Shown here: piece by piece, positions 39,783 to 50,521 of the stretch
Position numbering within the stretch: position 1 is the first letter of the stretch
How the letters are laid out: each line of letters opens with the position of its first letter
From: Ignavibacteriota bacterium
GTDB lineage: Bacteria; Bacteroidota; Ignavibacteria; UBA10030; UBA6906
DNA length: 64,000 bases
Assembly: GCA_963801355.1 (NCBI GenBank)
Contig: CAWDEM010000008.1
Span: 1,376,001-1,440,000 of the forward strand
Reading direction: 5' to 3'
Notes under the pieces: generated by a model
The model's database searches: none
What the model was told of the DNA's origin: nothing
The model's input: the letters and a program-made list of their open reading frames with translations, nothing else
Translations under genes and position numbers: made by a program

Positions 39783-41492
39783 TTACTTCGGTGTATAGCG
39801 ATCGACCGCGTCGAGAAGAAGTTGCCGGGCAGTCCGGTACGTGGTGACATCCTTGCTGTACTTGTCGAATCCTTGAAGCACCAGCGCTATGATCTGCTGC
39901 GCCCGGAGGGCATCATGTGTTTTGAGTTGAGCGAGAAGCTCGTAGTCTTCCATCCCGATCCGATGCGCTTCGAATCTGTGGCTTGAGAGAGGTCCCTCGG
40001 GTAGCGGATAGAGGATGTGAGAATCACCGGCCGGCAGGAACTGCCCCTCGATGTGGGGCCGGACGAGTTCCTCAAAGGGTTTGGCCGTATGAAAATTCCC
40101 ACCCCAGTGCAGAAAACCCTGTAAGTCGTATTTTGCGCACGCCCAACCGATATATACCTGGCGGAGGCGCTCCTCATCAAGAAGTCGATTCAACCATGGG
40201 CCGCCCGGGGAGAGGCAGGTATACACCCAGACTTTGTCGCCGGCCGCTTTTCGCTTTTCGAAGAATTCCTGGTTGGCCTGATATTCCTGAACCTGCGGGC
40301 ACCACACGTTGACGACGCCGCTTACCTGCACCGTCATCGTGGCTTCCAGGATCTGAATATCGGGTTTCAAGGCTCGTAGTACCGACACGAGTTCTTTGTA
40401 GCGATCGACAAATTCGTCTGTCGGCTCATCAAAGACCCCCTGCAACCATTGCTCATCCCATTGGTTCTCCTTCATCACGGCGATGATCCGCTGAGCCATT
40501 TGTGAGATCATACGCTTGCCTTTCCCGGAGACCGCATCAACCTCTTTTCCATCGGCCGCCCGAACCCCCAGGAGCATATCGTCGGATGTCCAGCTCCGGC
40601 GGTTGACAAATGGGGCACCGTGAATGGTCTTGAATCCCGCCTGAAGAAAGACCCGGATATATCGCTCGAGAAGGTTCCGACGAAAAACCGAAACGTTGCC
40701 GGCGCTATCGAATGTGAAGAAATCATTCCAGAGGAACCAGAAGGCATTCTGTCTGCCTCTTGCCATCGTCTGAGCGTACTTTGCAAGCATATTCCAGAAT
40801 GGTTCGCTCCACTTTTCCACACCGTGAGCTTTACAGATGTTGTCGAGGTTATGCCAATTGATGTAGGAAATGGTGGACCGGGCCAACGGTGGGACGAGCG
40901 CACGATGCACAACGACGACGAATTCGAGAGATTCGATCAGGTCACCAACGTCAACACTGATGCGGTGAATGTACTCCCCGGGGGCGAGGGTCGAATCAAC
41001 CGGCACCTCCATCCGGAGTGCCACCGAGGTGGAGTCGGCCGCGATCGGCGAGCTCACCGGCCGGAACGGATCGTAGATTCGAAAAGGCGCTCTGCGGATG
41101 ACGTACGGGTTTATCATCCCGCTGTATTTTTCCGTGTTGCGGTCGAGCCCCGTGTTTTCCGCAACGGGGACGTCGATCATTCTGTACCACCGAATCCCCG
41201 ATGTCAGACTGCCGCTGCTACCTGTTTCTGAGAACCTGATCGTTTCGGACCCCCGGAGCCCCGTAATCAACACATGGGCGCCGGCGATGGTGTTCCTTGC
41301 AGCGTGCACCGTAAGTTGCTTTGCTGGTTGACCCGCGTTTGTATCGGGGTAGAGCTCTTGAACTTCGTCGATCAGCCTCACAACGGGTCGGGTCTGTGGC
41401 GCAGGAATTTCACGCCGTTCACCTGCGAAGGCCTGTGACGTAAGAGCACAACTCATCGCCACGAGCACATAAGAGACCAAATGCTGCTTCAT
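39783..41492 (-). CDS. DUF4091-domain putative glycoside hydrolase (GH123-like)
   Basis: 'FDEP', 'VWVYTC', 'GFLHWG', 'AGDSHILYP', 'SSHRFEAHRIGMEDYELL'; signal peptide. Confidence 0.8.
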   Translation of the reverse strand: MKQHLVSYVLVAMSCALTSQAFAGERREIPAPQTRPVVRLIDEVQELYPDTNAGQPAKQLTVHAARNTIAGAHVLITGLRGSETIRFSETGSSGSLTSGIRWYRMIDVPVAENTGLDRNTEKYSGMINPYVIRRAPFRIYDPFRPVSSPIAADSTSVALRMEVPVDSTLAPGEYIHRISVDVGDLIESLEFVVVVHRALVPPLARSTISYINWHNLDNICKAHGVEKWSEPFWNMLAKYAQTMARGRQNAFWFLWNDFFTFDSAGNVSVFRRNLLERYIRVFLQAGFKTIHGAPFVNRRSWTSDDMLLGVRAADGKEVDAVSGKGKRMISQMAQRIIAVMKENQWDEQWLQGVFDEPTDEFVDRYKELVSVLRALKPDIQILEATMTVQVSGVVNVWCPQVQEYQANQEFFEKRKAAGDKVWVYTCLSPGGPWLNRLLDEERLRQVYIGWACAKYDLQGFLHWGGNFHTAKPFEELVRPHIEGQFLPAGDSHILYPLPEGPLSSHRFEAHRIGMEDYELLAQLKTHDALRAQQIIALVLQGFDKYSKDVTTYRTARQLLLDAVDRYTPK

Positions 41493-41727
41493 TATCTACC
41501 TCATGTCAAGAACGACAAGTTTTCGAACGCTTCTTTAGAAGAGCTGGATTGTTCGTCCATGGGACACCTGTGTGTGTGATCCTCCTATGCGATTTCAAGA
41601 AAGAGTATAAGTAAGAGCTCGTTGAAGTATCAAGCAGGAAACCTGTACACAGACTCGCATTTCCACGGTTGTCGCCGGGAACCGTCGATCGCACGGAATC
41701 CACTTCCTGGAGGCCGTTGTTGATCTC

Positions 41728-41755
41728 TTGCTTTTTGCAGGGGATCAGATATATT
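41728..41755 (+). promoter_or_regulatory. sigma70-like promoter upstream of the GMP synthase subunit gene
   Basis: TTGCTT-N16-TATATT. Confidence 0.5.
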
Positions 41756-41856
41756 TGCAGTCGGCTTTGTACCAAACATCTGGCCGAAACCTTTGAAGGA
41801 TCACAAAACGAGGCCGCATGCCCGTGGCCGATAACTGAATAGCAGGAGACAACCCC

Positions 41857-42819
41857 ATGATCAAGGAGATCACAGCTCAAGAGCTCAACCCGGAGAGTTT
41901 TATTGCAGAGAAGGTGGCGGAGATCAGACACAGCGTTGGGGACGGACAGGCCATCAATGCCCTTTCCGGCGGAGTCGATTCATCCACAGTTACGTTGCTG
42001 GGACATCGCGCTCTGGGTGAGCGCCTGAACACGGTATTCATCGAGAACGGACTGATGCGTGCGGGTGAAGCCAAACAGGTTTCGGACTTCTTCCGCGCCC
42101 TCGGCGTCACGGTTGAAGTGGTTGACGCGCGTGCGGAGTTCTTCGAGGCGCTCAAGGGAGTGACAGACCCCGAGGCGAAGCGCGAGGCCATTACGCAGAC
42201 CTTTTACCGCCACGTCTTCGGCCGTCTCGTCCGCGAGAGAGGAGCAAAGTATTTGCTCCAGGGGACGATCTTGACGGACGTGGATGAGACCGTCGCCGGG
42301 ATCAAGCGACAGCACAACGTGTTTGAGCAGCTGGGTATCTCTCCTCAGGCGGTGTTTGGCTACAGCATCCTGGAGCCGCTCGTTCAGTTGCGCAAGGACG
42401 GCGTGAGGAAGCTGGGGCAGGTGCTTGGATTGCCGAAGGAGCTGTTCCAACGCATTCCCTTCCCGGGACCCGCGCTCGCCGCCCGCGTGATTGGCGAGGC
42501 AACACCGGAACGCATTGAGACGGTTCGGCAGGCCACCCGGGTGGTAGAGCGGTTGCTCTCCGGCCATGGCGCCTTTCAATATCTCGCGATCCTGCATGAA
42601 GACCGGGTAACGGGGATGCGCGACGGCCGGCGCGAATTCGGCCAGCAGATTGAAGTGCGCTGCTGGAACAGCGTGGATGCGCGCGAGGCCACACCCACAC
42701 GGTTCCCATTTGAGACACTTGAGCAGCTCGCGCAGGAAATCGTCGGCGCGGTGCCCGGTGTCGTCAGCGTCACTTATAACATAACGTCCAAACCGCCGTC
42801 AACCATTGAGGCCGTGTGA
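41857..42819 (+). CDS. GMP synthase ATP-pyrophosphatase subunit (GuaA C-terminal part only)
   Basis: PP-loop SGGVDSS, 'DPEAKR', 'LLQGTILTD', 'PFPGPALAAR', 'YNITSKPPSTIE'; no glutamine amidotransferase domain. Confidence 0.88.
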   Translation: MIKEITAQELNPESFIAEKVAEIRHSVGDGQAINALSGGVDSSTVTLLGHRALGERLNTVFIENGLMRAGEAKQVSDFFRALGVTVEVVDARAEFFEALKGVTDPEAKREAITQTFYRHVFGRLVRERGAKYLLQGTILTDVDETVAGIKRQHNVFEQLGISPQAVFGYSILEPLVQLRKDGVRKLGQVLGLPKELFQRIPFPGPALAARVIGEATPERIETVRQATRVVERLLSGHGAFQYLAILHEDRVTGMRDGRREFGQQIEVRCWNSVDAREATPTRFPFETLEQLAQEIVGAVPGVVSVTYNITSKPPSTIEAV

Positions 42820-42835
42820 CTCTGCGCGTTGGCAA

Positions 42836-44545
42836 TCAGCGCAAAAGAAGCAGCTTGCGCGTTTGCACGAAGCCGTTTCCTCCGCCACCCGCGGGATCAC
42901 CTGCTCCGCCTTTGGAGTCACGTCCGATAGCGGAGTCCAGAGGGCGGACCTGCATCCTATAGAAGTACACGCCACTCGATAGCCCGGACGCATCGAATTT
43001 GACCTCGTGATACCCTGCCTCCAGCCCCCCATTCTGGAGAAGGGCGACCTGCTGGCCGAGGGTGTTGAAGACGATAAGGAGAACGTGCGAACGATCGGGC
43101 AGACCATACCCAATTGTCGTTGAGGGGTTGAACGGATTCGGATAGTTTTGAAACAAGGCGCACGTCGAAGGCAATCCCTGCGTGTCTTCTACGTCCAACG
43201 TCAGATCGACGGCGTCAAAATAGACACCTTTAGCCCCATGGCCAACGTAGATACAGTTGCCGCGATACGTTGTCCCCCCCACATCACGGTCGAATCCGAC
43301 GAAGGCCTCAAAATTACCCGCAGACTCGAACTGGTTGATGACAACCGGCTTCGCATTATAGAAACCGCTGGGCGTATTGAGAATGGATTTGAAGAAGACA
43401 GTGTCGATGCTCCCTTCTGAATGATAGGCCACCCGCCAATTGTACGTCGGTCCAATATGAGACCAGCTCACCGAAGTGAGGTCTTCAAAGGTAGTGCTCG
43501 TCGCAATGCTGTCACGCACATACGTGCGGAACTGATCTCTCGAGTAGACGTACATCGCATCGTACTTCGTTGGCGATCCCGCCGTTGTTCTGGTATATGT
43601 GACCATGACATTGCCATTGACCTGGTCGATGGCCATGGAGGGATAGAACTTGTCGTACGCGTCCTCAATCTGGGTCATACCCCAGGGGGTAGTGAACTGA
43701 ATCGTATTCCGGGCGACGTAGATATCGCGATGGCCTCCCCCGTCGTCTCCTGCAAAGGCGATACACAGACTATCTGGACTCGTGGTCCAGTCAACACCGA
43801 TGGTCGGAAACTGCGCGAAGGATACTGTGATACTCGTATCGGGGGTGGGCCATGTGTCGCCCCAATTTGAAGAATGATTCACATACACACCTCGTCCGCG
43901 ATCATTCGAAGGGGTTACGAGCTCCGCGGCCACGAAGAAATGTGTGTCCTTCACGGGGAACCACTCGCCGTCAGTGCATATACTGGGATTTCTGAAGCAC
44001 GTAGATCCATCAATCTTGCCTATCGTCTCGATCCGCCCGTGCAGCCCGTTGCCTAACATGGACCCCCACATCAATGGACCGCCACCAATCGGACTTTCGT
44101 CCGTTTTGATGATAAAGGCAAACCCCAGCAGCCATTCTCCCGAGGAAGTGTCAGTGATGCACATGTCGAACGATTGAATCGGAAATGCGACTGATCGGAA
44201 GCCACCGATCTGTCCCCATGTGAGTCCTCCATCGGTTGACCGATACACAATAACTCGGGAAAGAGTGTCCTGGTATTGTTCATTGACGGCGACGTAGATC
44301 CCCCCCGCTGTGTCAGATGCGCTTGCGGTCTGACCTTTGCCATATAGGCGCACGAGGGCATCGCAGATCTTCGTATCGTCACCCCAATTCGGCTTCGAAG
44401 GAGCCTGGATCACGTCGTGCGCTGGAATCAGGGGGACCACCAGCAATTGGTCATCCTGAGGGTCCTCAGGAAGCCAAGCCGGGAAAACAGGCGCGCGCAA
44501 AAGGATGCATGAGAAGAGCATAAGAACTGAAGCCCTGAGCATCAT
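42836..44545 (-). CDS. T9SS-secreted BNR/Asp-box beta-propeller protein
   Basis: 'YRSTDGGLTW', 'SSNWGDTW'; CTD QNYPNPFNPSTTI...FVQTRKLLLLR. Confidence 0.8.
   Translation of the reverse strand: MMLRASVLMLFSCILLRAPVFPAWLPEDPQDDQLLVVPLIPAHDVIQAPSKPNWGDDTKICDALVRLYGKGQTASASDTAGGIYVAVNEQYQDTLSRVIVYRSTDGGLTWGQIGGFRSVAFPIQSFDMCITDTSSGEWLLGFAFIIKTDESPIGGGPLMWGSMLGNGLHGRIETIGKIDGSTCFRNPSICTDGEWFPVKDTHFFVAAELVTPSNDRGRGVYVNHSSNWGDTWPTPDTSITVSFAQFPTIGVDWTTSPDSLCIAFAGDDGGGHRDIYVARNTIQFTTPWGMTQIEDAYDKFYPSMAIDQVNGNVMVTYTRTTAGSPTKYDAMYVYSRDQFRTYVRDSIATSTTFEDLTSVSWSHIGPTYNWRVAYHSEGSIDTVFFKSILNTPSGFYNAKPVVINQFESAGNFEAFVGFDRDVGGTTYRGNCIYVGHGAKGVYFDAVDLTLDVEDTQGLPSTCALFQNYPNPFNPSTTIGYGLPDRSHVLLIVFNTLGQQVALLQNGGLEAGYHEVKFDASGLSSGVYFYRMQVRPLDSAIGRDSKGGAGDPAGGGGNGFVQTRKLLLLR
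42872..42949. repeat. REP-like palindromic in-frame insertions in the T9SS CTD
   Basis: 45-nt imperfect hairpin bounded by TCCGCC...GGCGGA (42905..42949) and a 24-nt insert containing CCCGC-N5-GCGGA (42872..42895). Confidence 0.6.
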
Positions 44546-44820
44546 GGGGATATCCTCCTGAGTAAGTGAGGGCAAATGTTCCACCTCGTTTCGTCGGAGC
44601 GTAAGCAGATTTCTGGCAGACTATTTCAAAAGAACGAGGTGGATTGCCAATGGGCTGTCCACACGTGAAAATCGGCCGGGGTCAGGCCACGCTGACCCAC
44701 CGGCTGCGCGAACAATGCGGATTCCACAATAGGAAGGTATGCAGCGGAAAATCTCGCATCAATCCCGCAAATACGGGATATTTGGGGATATTTGGGGGAG
44801 CGAGGGGGGAAGTGCGCCCT

Positions 44821-47034
44821 TTATTTGGCCAAAATCATCTTCTGAGTCTGAATATGATCTCCTGCGATCAACCGGTATAGGTACACGCCGCTTGACAACT
44901 TCGATGCGTCAAACCTGACTTCGTAGTACCCTGCCGCTTTCTTCTCATTCACCAGCACCGCTACTTCCCGCCCGAGCAGATCATACACCACAAGCCTTAC
45001 CCACCCATTGCCTACTGCCTCGTGCCCATTCTCTGCCGCCGGCAGCGTGTAGCCTATCGTCGTGCTTGGATTGAACGGATTCGGATAATTCTGCTGCAAA
45101 GAAAACTCCGCCGGCACACCGGACGGACCATCGACACCGGTTGTATACGCGGCCTCCGGAACAGCGACATAATCGAGATACATCCAGCCCCAGAACAGCT
45201 CCACCTGGATGGTATTCGTGCCCTGAATCAAGTTGACGGTCTGTGACTTTTCGTACCATGTGGTGCTTGATGTCGCGTCAAACGTCACCGTATCCACACG
45301 CGCACCATTCACATTAAGGAACTGCGCCTTGGGATGGTCATAGTGCATCATATAGCCAAACGCAATCGCGTGAGCCCCCGGCGTCGCAACGTTACTCAGC
45401 GTCCAGGTGATCGTGCCGGACTGTGATGCGATGTCCAGATAGGCCCCTCCGCTGGCGGTAGCATCGTTCTTGACAGTCATCCCCGAACCTGACCGGGTGG
45501 CTGCTTCCGCTTCGATTTTCCTCATCGTGGGTGTGCCTACGCGTATGGGCACCCTCGCGGAGGTTCGCTTGTGGCCCTGGTTGTCCGTTGCCATTGCGGA
45601 GAGCGAGTAATTCCCCATAGGGACACTTTTCCAGGTCACGGTGAAAGGAGAGGCCGTCGCCTGACCGATGGAGAGTGTCTCAGCAGCAAAGAAGTCGACC
45701 GAGATCACGGTGCCGTCGATGTCCGCCGCCTGTGCGGTGATGGTGATGTCTGCCCCCGCGGCGAATGTGGTGTCGGCAACCGGGCTTGTAATTGCCACAG
45801 TCGGCCAGGTTCCACCGATGCCCAACACATCGACGGCCGAACGGTAGCGATCCCACATCAATTGCATGGAGGTAAGCATATCAGCTACCGAGGAAAGATT
45901 GACGTCGGTCCACGACCAGGCGAGGGCGCCGGCATACCCGGATTTATACAGCGTGACGTACAGACTCTCTTTCGGGGCGCCGACGGTGTTCTGGATGGCG
46001 AATTCAGCCACGACAATCGGTTTGTTCAGCCCCCACGCCGAAGCGGAATGATGGAACGGAGAGATCGATGTGGGATTCGAAGCATCAATCCCCACATAGT
46101 AGTGCACGGAATAGAAATCCAGCGTCCCCAACACATCCCCCCCGGCGGCGATCAGGCGGCTGTCGCTGTAGTAGTTGAAGTTCAGCAAGCCTGCAACATG
46201 CTGAAGGTGCTGGATGATTTCGTCGGTGGTGAGCGACGACTGGTATTTTTCCTTGAGGACGGCTGCTGCTTCTTCCTGTTCCAATCGGCTCAACGGCGCG
46301 GCAGCTGTCTTGGCCAGGGCCGGGACAGGGACATCGGTAAGTGCTTTGAAGCTCCAGGCACCGTTGGTGACGAGGGCTGCGGGGTCACGACGGTGGATGG
46401 CTCCGGCACAGAGATTGACAAAGCGTTGAATAGAAGACATCGGCACGTGTTGTATATCGCTCCAGCCGAATTCATCACTCATCCCTTCCGGCTCGTTGAA
46501 GATTTCCCATGTCAGAATCGCCGGATGGCCTGCCAGGGAGTCCACCATAGGTATGAGACAGTTGTTAATGTAGGCCCGTGTGAAGTTGGTGTCAGTGAGC
46601 ATCCGCCGGTTTCTATTCAACAGGGTCGTATCGCGGGTGTTCCGGAGCATATCGAACGACCAGAGGCAGAGATCGATCCCTATCTCCCGTTCCCAGGCAA
46701 GATCCAGCACCCTCCTGATGTCGGCGATGGTTCCTTCGCCCGGTCCGATGACGTATCCTGACGCGTCGAATTGCGGACTATTTGTCCCCTTCGTGTGCAG
46801 CCACCACCGCAAAGCATTACCACCATGGTCGTGCATTTGAAGCAAAACGTCTTCAAATCTCCCAAAGTCAGTGGCACCCGGCCCGACGTCTGCGGCGAAA
46901 TTCACCCAGGCAAGATTTGCACCGCTCAGAAACAATTGCTGACTGTTGTATTTGACTGTGTTTGTCTGTGACATCGCCGGGTGCGTGTAGAGCAGCAAGA
47001 GCATACAGACAGAGACGGCGCAAAGAGAACGCAT
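44821..47034 (-). CDS. Clan GH-A (GH5 mannanase-like) hydrolase with Ig-like domain, CBM35/CBM6-like domain and T9SS CTD
   Basis: Acid/base 'WEIFNEPEG', 'YSVHYY', nucleophile 'PIVVAEF', 'GALAWSW'; 'IEAEAA...ASGGAY'; CTD. Confidence 0.85.
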   Translation of the reverse strand: MRSLCAVSVCMLLLLYTHPAMSQTNTVKYNSQQLFLSGANLAWVNFAADVGPGATDFGRFEDVLLQMHDHGGNALRWWLHTKGTNSPQFDASGYVIGPGEGTIADIRRVLDLAWEREIGIDLCLWSFDMLRNTRDTTLLNRNRRMLTDTNFTRAYINNCLIPMVDSLAGHPAILTWEIFNEPEGMSDEFGWSDIQHVPMSSIQRFVNLCAGAIHRRDPAALVTNGAWSFKALTDVPVPALAKTAAAPLSRLEQEEAAAVLKEKYQSSLTTDEIIQHLQHVAGLLNFNYYSDSRLIAAGGDVLGTLDFYSVHYYVGIDASNPTSISPFHHSASAWGLNKPIVVAEFAIQNTVGAPKESLYVTLYKSGYAGALAWSWTDVNLSSVADMLTSMQLMWDRYRSAVDVLGIGGTWPTVAITSPVADTTFAAGADITITAQAADIDGTVISVDFFAAETLSIGQATASPFTVTWKSVPMGNYSLSAMATDNQGHKRTSARVPIRVGTPTMRKIEAEAATRSGSGMTVKNDATASGGAYLDIASQSGTITWTLSNVATPGAHAIAFGYMMHYDHPKAQFLNVNGARVDTVTFDATSSTTWYEKSQTVNLIQGTNTIQVELFWGWMYLDYVAVPEAAYTTGVDGPSGVPAEFSLQQNYPNPFNPSTTIGYTLPAAENGHEAVGNGWVRLVVYDLLGREVAVLVNEKKAAGYYEVRFDASKLSSGVYLYRLIAGDHIQTQKMILAK

Positions 47035-47297
47035 CTTGCACCTCCGGGAGGGGTGACTGTTTGGTTACAGTAGTGTTCGGTTTTTTGTAGAGGTCTTTCG
47101 ACTTTCCAGGAGAGACAGGGTCTTTGTCTGCTGCAAATATCTCTCTGCTCCGGACATTTTCCTTAGTATATGGATAAAACAGCAATGTTCAAAGCACATG
47201 TCTGTTCAATCAATATGCCGACGCGATGGGGGACATCTAATGAGCAGTTCTGGAAGAAGACAGTCGGCATCAGCTCTTGGAAGAGGGCTCTGTGGGA

Positions 47298-49330
47298 TCA
47301 CGCGGCCGGGATTTCCGGAATATGCACCGTGAACGCGGTGCCTTTCCCTTCTGCGCTTGCGACCTCAATTTTCCCGCCGTGCTGGGCAACGATTTGATGG
47401 GTAATAGAGAGGCCCAACCCGACTCCTTGCGGCTTTGTCGTGTGGTAGAGGTCGAAGATTTTCTCCACGGCCGCCGCGGACATCCCGATGCCATTGTCTT
47501 CAACGACAATCCTTACACCACCTGGTTCGGGAGTCGCCTTCAGCACTATCCATCCGCCCTTCGGTGTGGCGTCCAGCGCATTCTGGAGCAGATTGAGAAG
47601 CGCCTGCTTCATCTGCTCCGGATCAAGAGAGATGCTTTTTGTCCCTTCCGCTGACGCCGTGAACACGACCCTCTTTTCCAGAGCCTGGCTCGCGAAGAAG
47701 GACGCCACCGCATTGATCAGATCCGGGATAGCGCTTTCCCTGCGGCGAATCCTGGGCGGTCTCGCAAATGCAAGGAACTGCCGGATTATGGCATTCACGC
47801 GCCGGGTTTCGTCCTGCATGACCGAGGTCAACGTGCGGAACTCCTTCACGCCGCTGCGGGGAGTAAACTCCTTCGAGAACCGCTGGGCAATCATGGCGAT
47901 GGCGTTGAGCGGATTGCGTATCTCGTGGGCCACACCCGATGCAAGCTCCCCCATCGCCGTCAGTTTGCTGTTCCGTTGTGCCTCCTGCTCCAGCCTCCGG
48001 GCCTCCGTCACATCGCGAAGCACCGCGCTTCTGCTTTCGACGGCTTCGCCCGCATCCCGGATGGTCGAAAGCGACACTTCCACTATGCGACTTTCATTGC
48101 CCGGCAAGACAAGCGCTTTCTCAAAAGTCCCATCTTCGGCCGAAAAAACTTCCTTCATCACGTCCACCCCACCCCCTCCGATTTCCCCCAGCGCCTTTCC
48201 TTCGATCTCTTCAGCACGTATACCAAGAGATCTCCGCGGCGCGCGCATTGACGATAGTGACATTGCCGGCCGGATCAACAGTAATCACGCCGTCACGCAT
48301 CTGGGCGAGTATATTTCCGGTGTAGGTCCGAAACGACCGGTACCGCTGTTCCATGACCTGATAGTTCTGCTGCGCCACGAGAAACACGAATGCGAGGGTC
48401 CCAATAACCAGGACGATAAGTGACATGATAATCGTTCGGCGAAGCATACGATTCTCTGCGCTCCGCACTTCATCCATCGTGAGCCCGATGCGCAACACGC
48501 CGATCGATATCCCCCCCGGGGCGAACGGACGAACCACTTCGAAAACATCCGCCCCTTCAAACGGTTGAACCCGCATTATCGTCGTATCCCTGGCGATGGC
48601 CCGGAGTACCAGGGAATCTGCGTTGATTGAGGAAAGCTCCCGGACACCACCTGCAGCCATGATCCCCAGTGTGTCCTGTATTGCGACGTACGCAATCCCG
48701 CTGTTGATCCCCAGGTCCTTGAGGAGCCTTCCGATACCAAGCGTACGGCGAAACTGCAGAAGATCCGCCGCATCCAGGTTGACCACGATTGCTCCGCCCG
48801 CCGGATGGGTCCGACGGACTGCCACAGCAAAGCGCTGTCCCTCCTCGACCCGCGCCTCCTTCAATCCTAAGACCATGCGGTCGAGATCTCCCTTCAGAAT
48901 AGGAGCAAGAACGTCTGCCGGGGAGAATTTCTCCTGAAGGCCAGCGTGTTCATCGCTCGACACGTGGCTGGTCAGCACTTTGATTCCGCGGCGATTGAAA
49001 ACGTTAATGCGATACAGGTGGTGCTCTTCAGCAAGTCTTGCCAGGTCGCCGGGACGGAGCACGCCCGCGCTGTCAAGGTGAGCGACATACAGGGCATTGT
49101 CGAGGAGCCGCTCTGCAAGAAGCTCCTCCATGGTTTCCGTCGAAAGAAGATTGTTTGCGCACGCTCCTGTCGATCGTCTCTGCAAGGGCGAGGGCAGTTT
49201 CTCCCAGGAGGTGGTACAATTCATCACGACTCTGGCGGAGTTCAATGAATCCGGTGCCGATCATCAGCAAGGCCACAGCAACGGTAACGGCAACGACGTA
49301 ACGCGGCTGAATGTTCACCGGGAGTTTCAT
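47298..49330 (-). pseudogene. ZraS-like sensor histidine kinase (PAS, HisKA, HATPase) with two +1 frameshifts; may be consensus error
   Basis: Starts MKLPVNIQPRY at 49330; frames join near 49161 and 48228; AHEIRNPL, NLLQNA, DNGIGM, GVGLGL. Confidence 0.8.
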
Positions 49331-49386
49331 ACGGGACAATTTACTGATTTTCCGCACGGGTTGGAAGCGATCACCGAAGTGATACT

Positions 49387-50521
49387 TCAAAAGGCGTAGG
49401 AAATCCGGGCCGCCACCGCATTGTTGCTGTAGTTGTAGTAGCTGTCGTTGGATGAATTGACTATCCGGTCGTACACAAGGGTCAGCCGGATGCCCAGGGA
49501 GTCGAAAGGCTTTTCCACCGAGAAGGAGATATGTCGATCGGGTGTCGATGCGCTGTGCGTCGACAGCAATCCCGGCAAGGTCGAAGGCCGGCCGGTCGTT
49601 ATACCGCCGCTGTTGCAGGGTTCCTGAGACACGCACACGGATGTCCGCGGGAAGGAATTGCGTCAACATCGCGTTCACAAGCGGTCCTTCGTAGCCGTAA
49701 TGGTCATCAAACAATTCATCATCTGTAAGTGTGCCGTCCGAAAAGGTCAGGTATCGCGATTCCTTTTGCAGGCTCACTTGATATTGTCCCATCACACTCA
49801 GCCCGGTGCCTTGCGCAATACCCTGCCCGATTTTCAATGTGCCGATGATCTGCGTGACTCCCGGAGTCGACTCGCTCCCCCGCTGCCTCCTGTAGCCGTA
49901 ACCTGAGGAGAGACTGGCGGCCGTGTCGATATTCGACGTCAAGTACTTCTTGAAATCGATGTCGGCCTGAAGAAGGATCGTTGTCCTGGTCGGCAGGGTC
50001 CACCCGCTCTGCACAAATAGGGCATGTTCAACGTAGTCGAAATCGGGTAACTCCGCGAAGGAAGCGGACCGAAAGGCGTACCCCCCCTTTATCAGGAATG
50101 ATTCGGAAACATAGTGCCGCAGATTCGCTTGAAGAGACAACTGCGTGTGGTCGTACACAGTGTACTTGTCACGGTTGTCACGAAGTGAATACGTCAGACC
50201 AGTCGTCAGCAGCGTAGCCTCTTCCTCACCGAACAATCGGTCATAGGATGCTGCTGCACTGTGGACAGAGAAGGTGCGGGAAGGGATGACAGCAAAGGCG
50301 TTCAGAACGCCGGAATAGGACAGTCCCAGATTGCTTTCCTCTGTCTCCCATTCATAGCCGGTGCCCAGCGAGAGCTCGGTGATTCTGTCATTGATCTGGA
50401 GATAGTTATTGAAGGAATTATCGTCGACGAGCATTCCGACATACAAGCCGGCACTCCATTGGGAAAAAGCTGGCGTGCTGAGAAGAAGAATGGCCAGCAT
50501 GAGGGTGGAGAGAGTCTTCAT
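49387..50521 (-). pseudogene. Outer-membrane beta-barrel protein with a +1 frameshift near 49531; may be consensus error
   Basis: Signal peptide; beta-strands; the shifted frame supplies the C-terminus 'YNYSNNAVAARISYAF'. Confidence 0.7.

Noticed and set aside
41501-41590. AGGAGG followed by a 19-aa ORF (MDEQSSSSKEAFENLSFLT) upstream of the DUF4091 gene
   Set aside because: RBS-ATG spacing is too long and there is no recognisable motif
41780-41842. Hammerhead or c-di-GMP-I-like reading of the GMP synthase leader
   Set aside because: No CUGANGA core and no adequate match to the GEMM consensus; kept only as an unassigned leader
44761-44798. GGGATATTTG repeated twice and a small hairpin
   Set aside because: Too short and low in complexity to interpret
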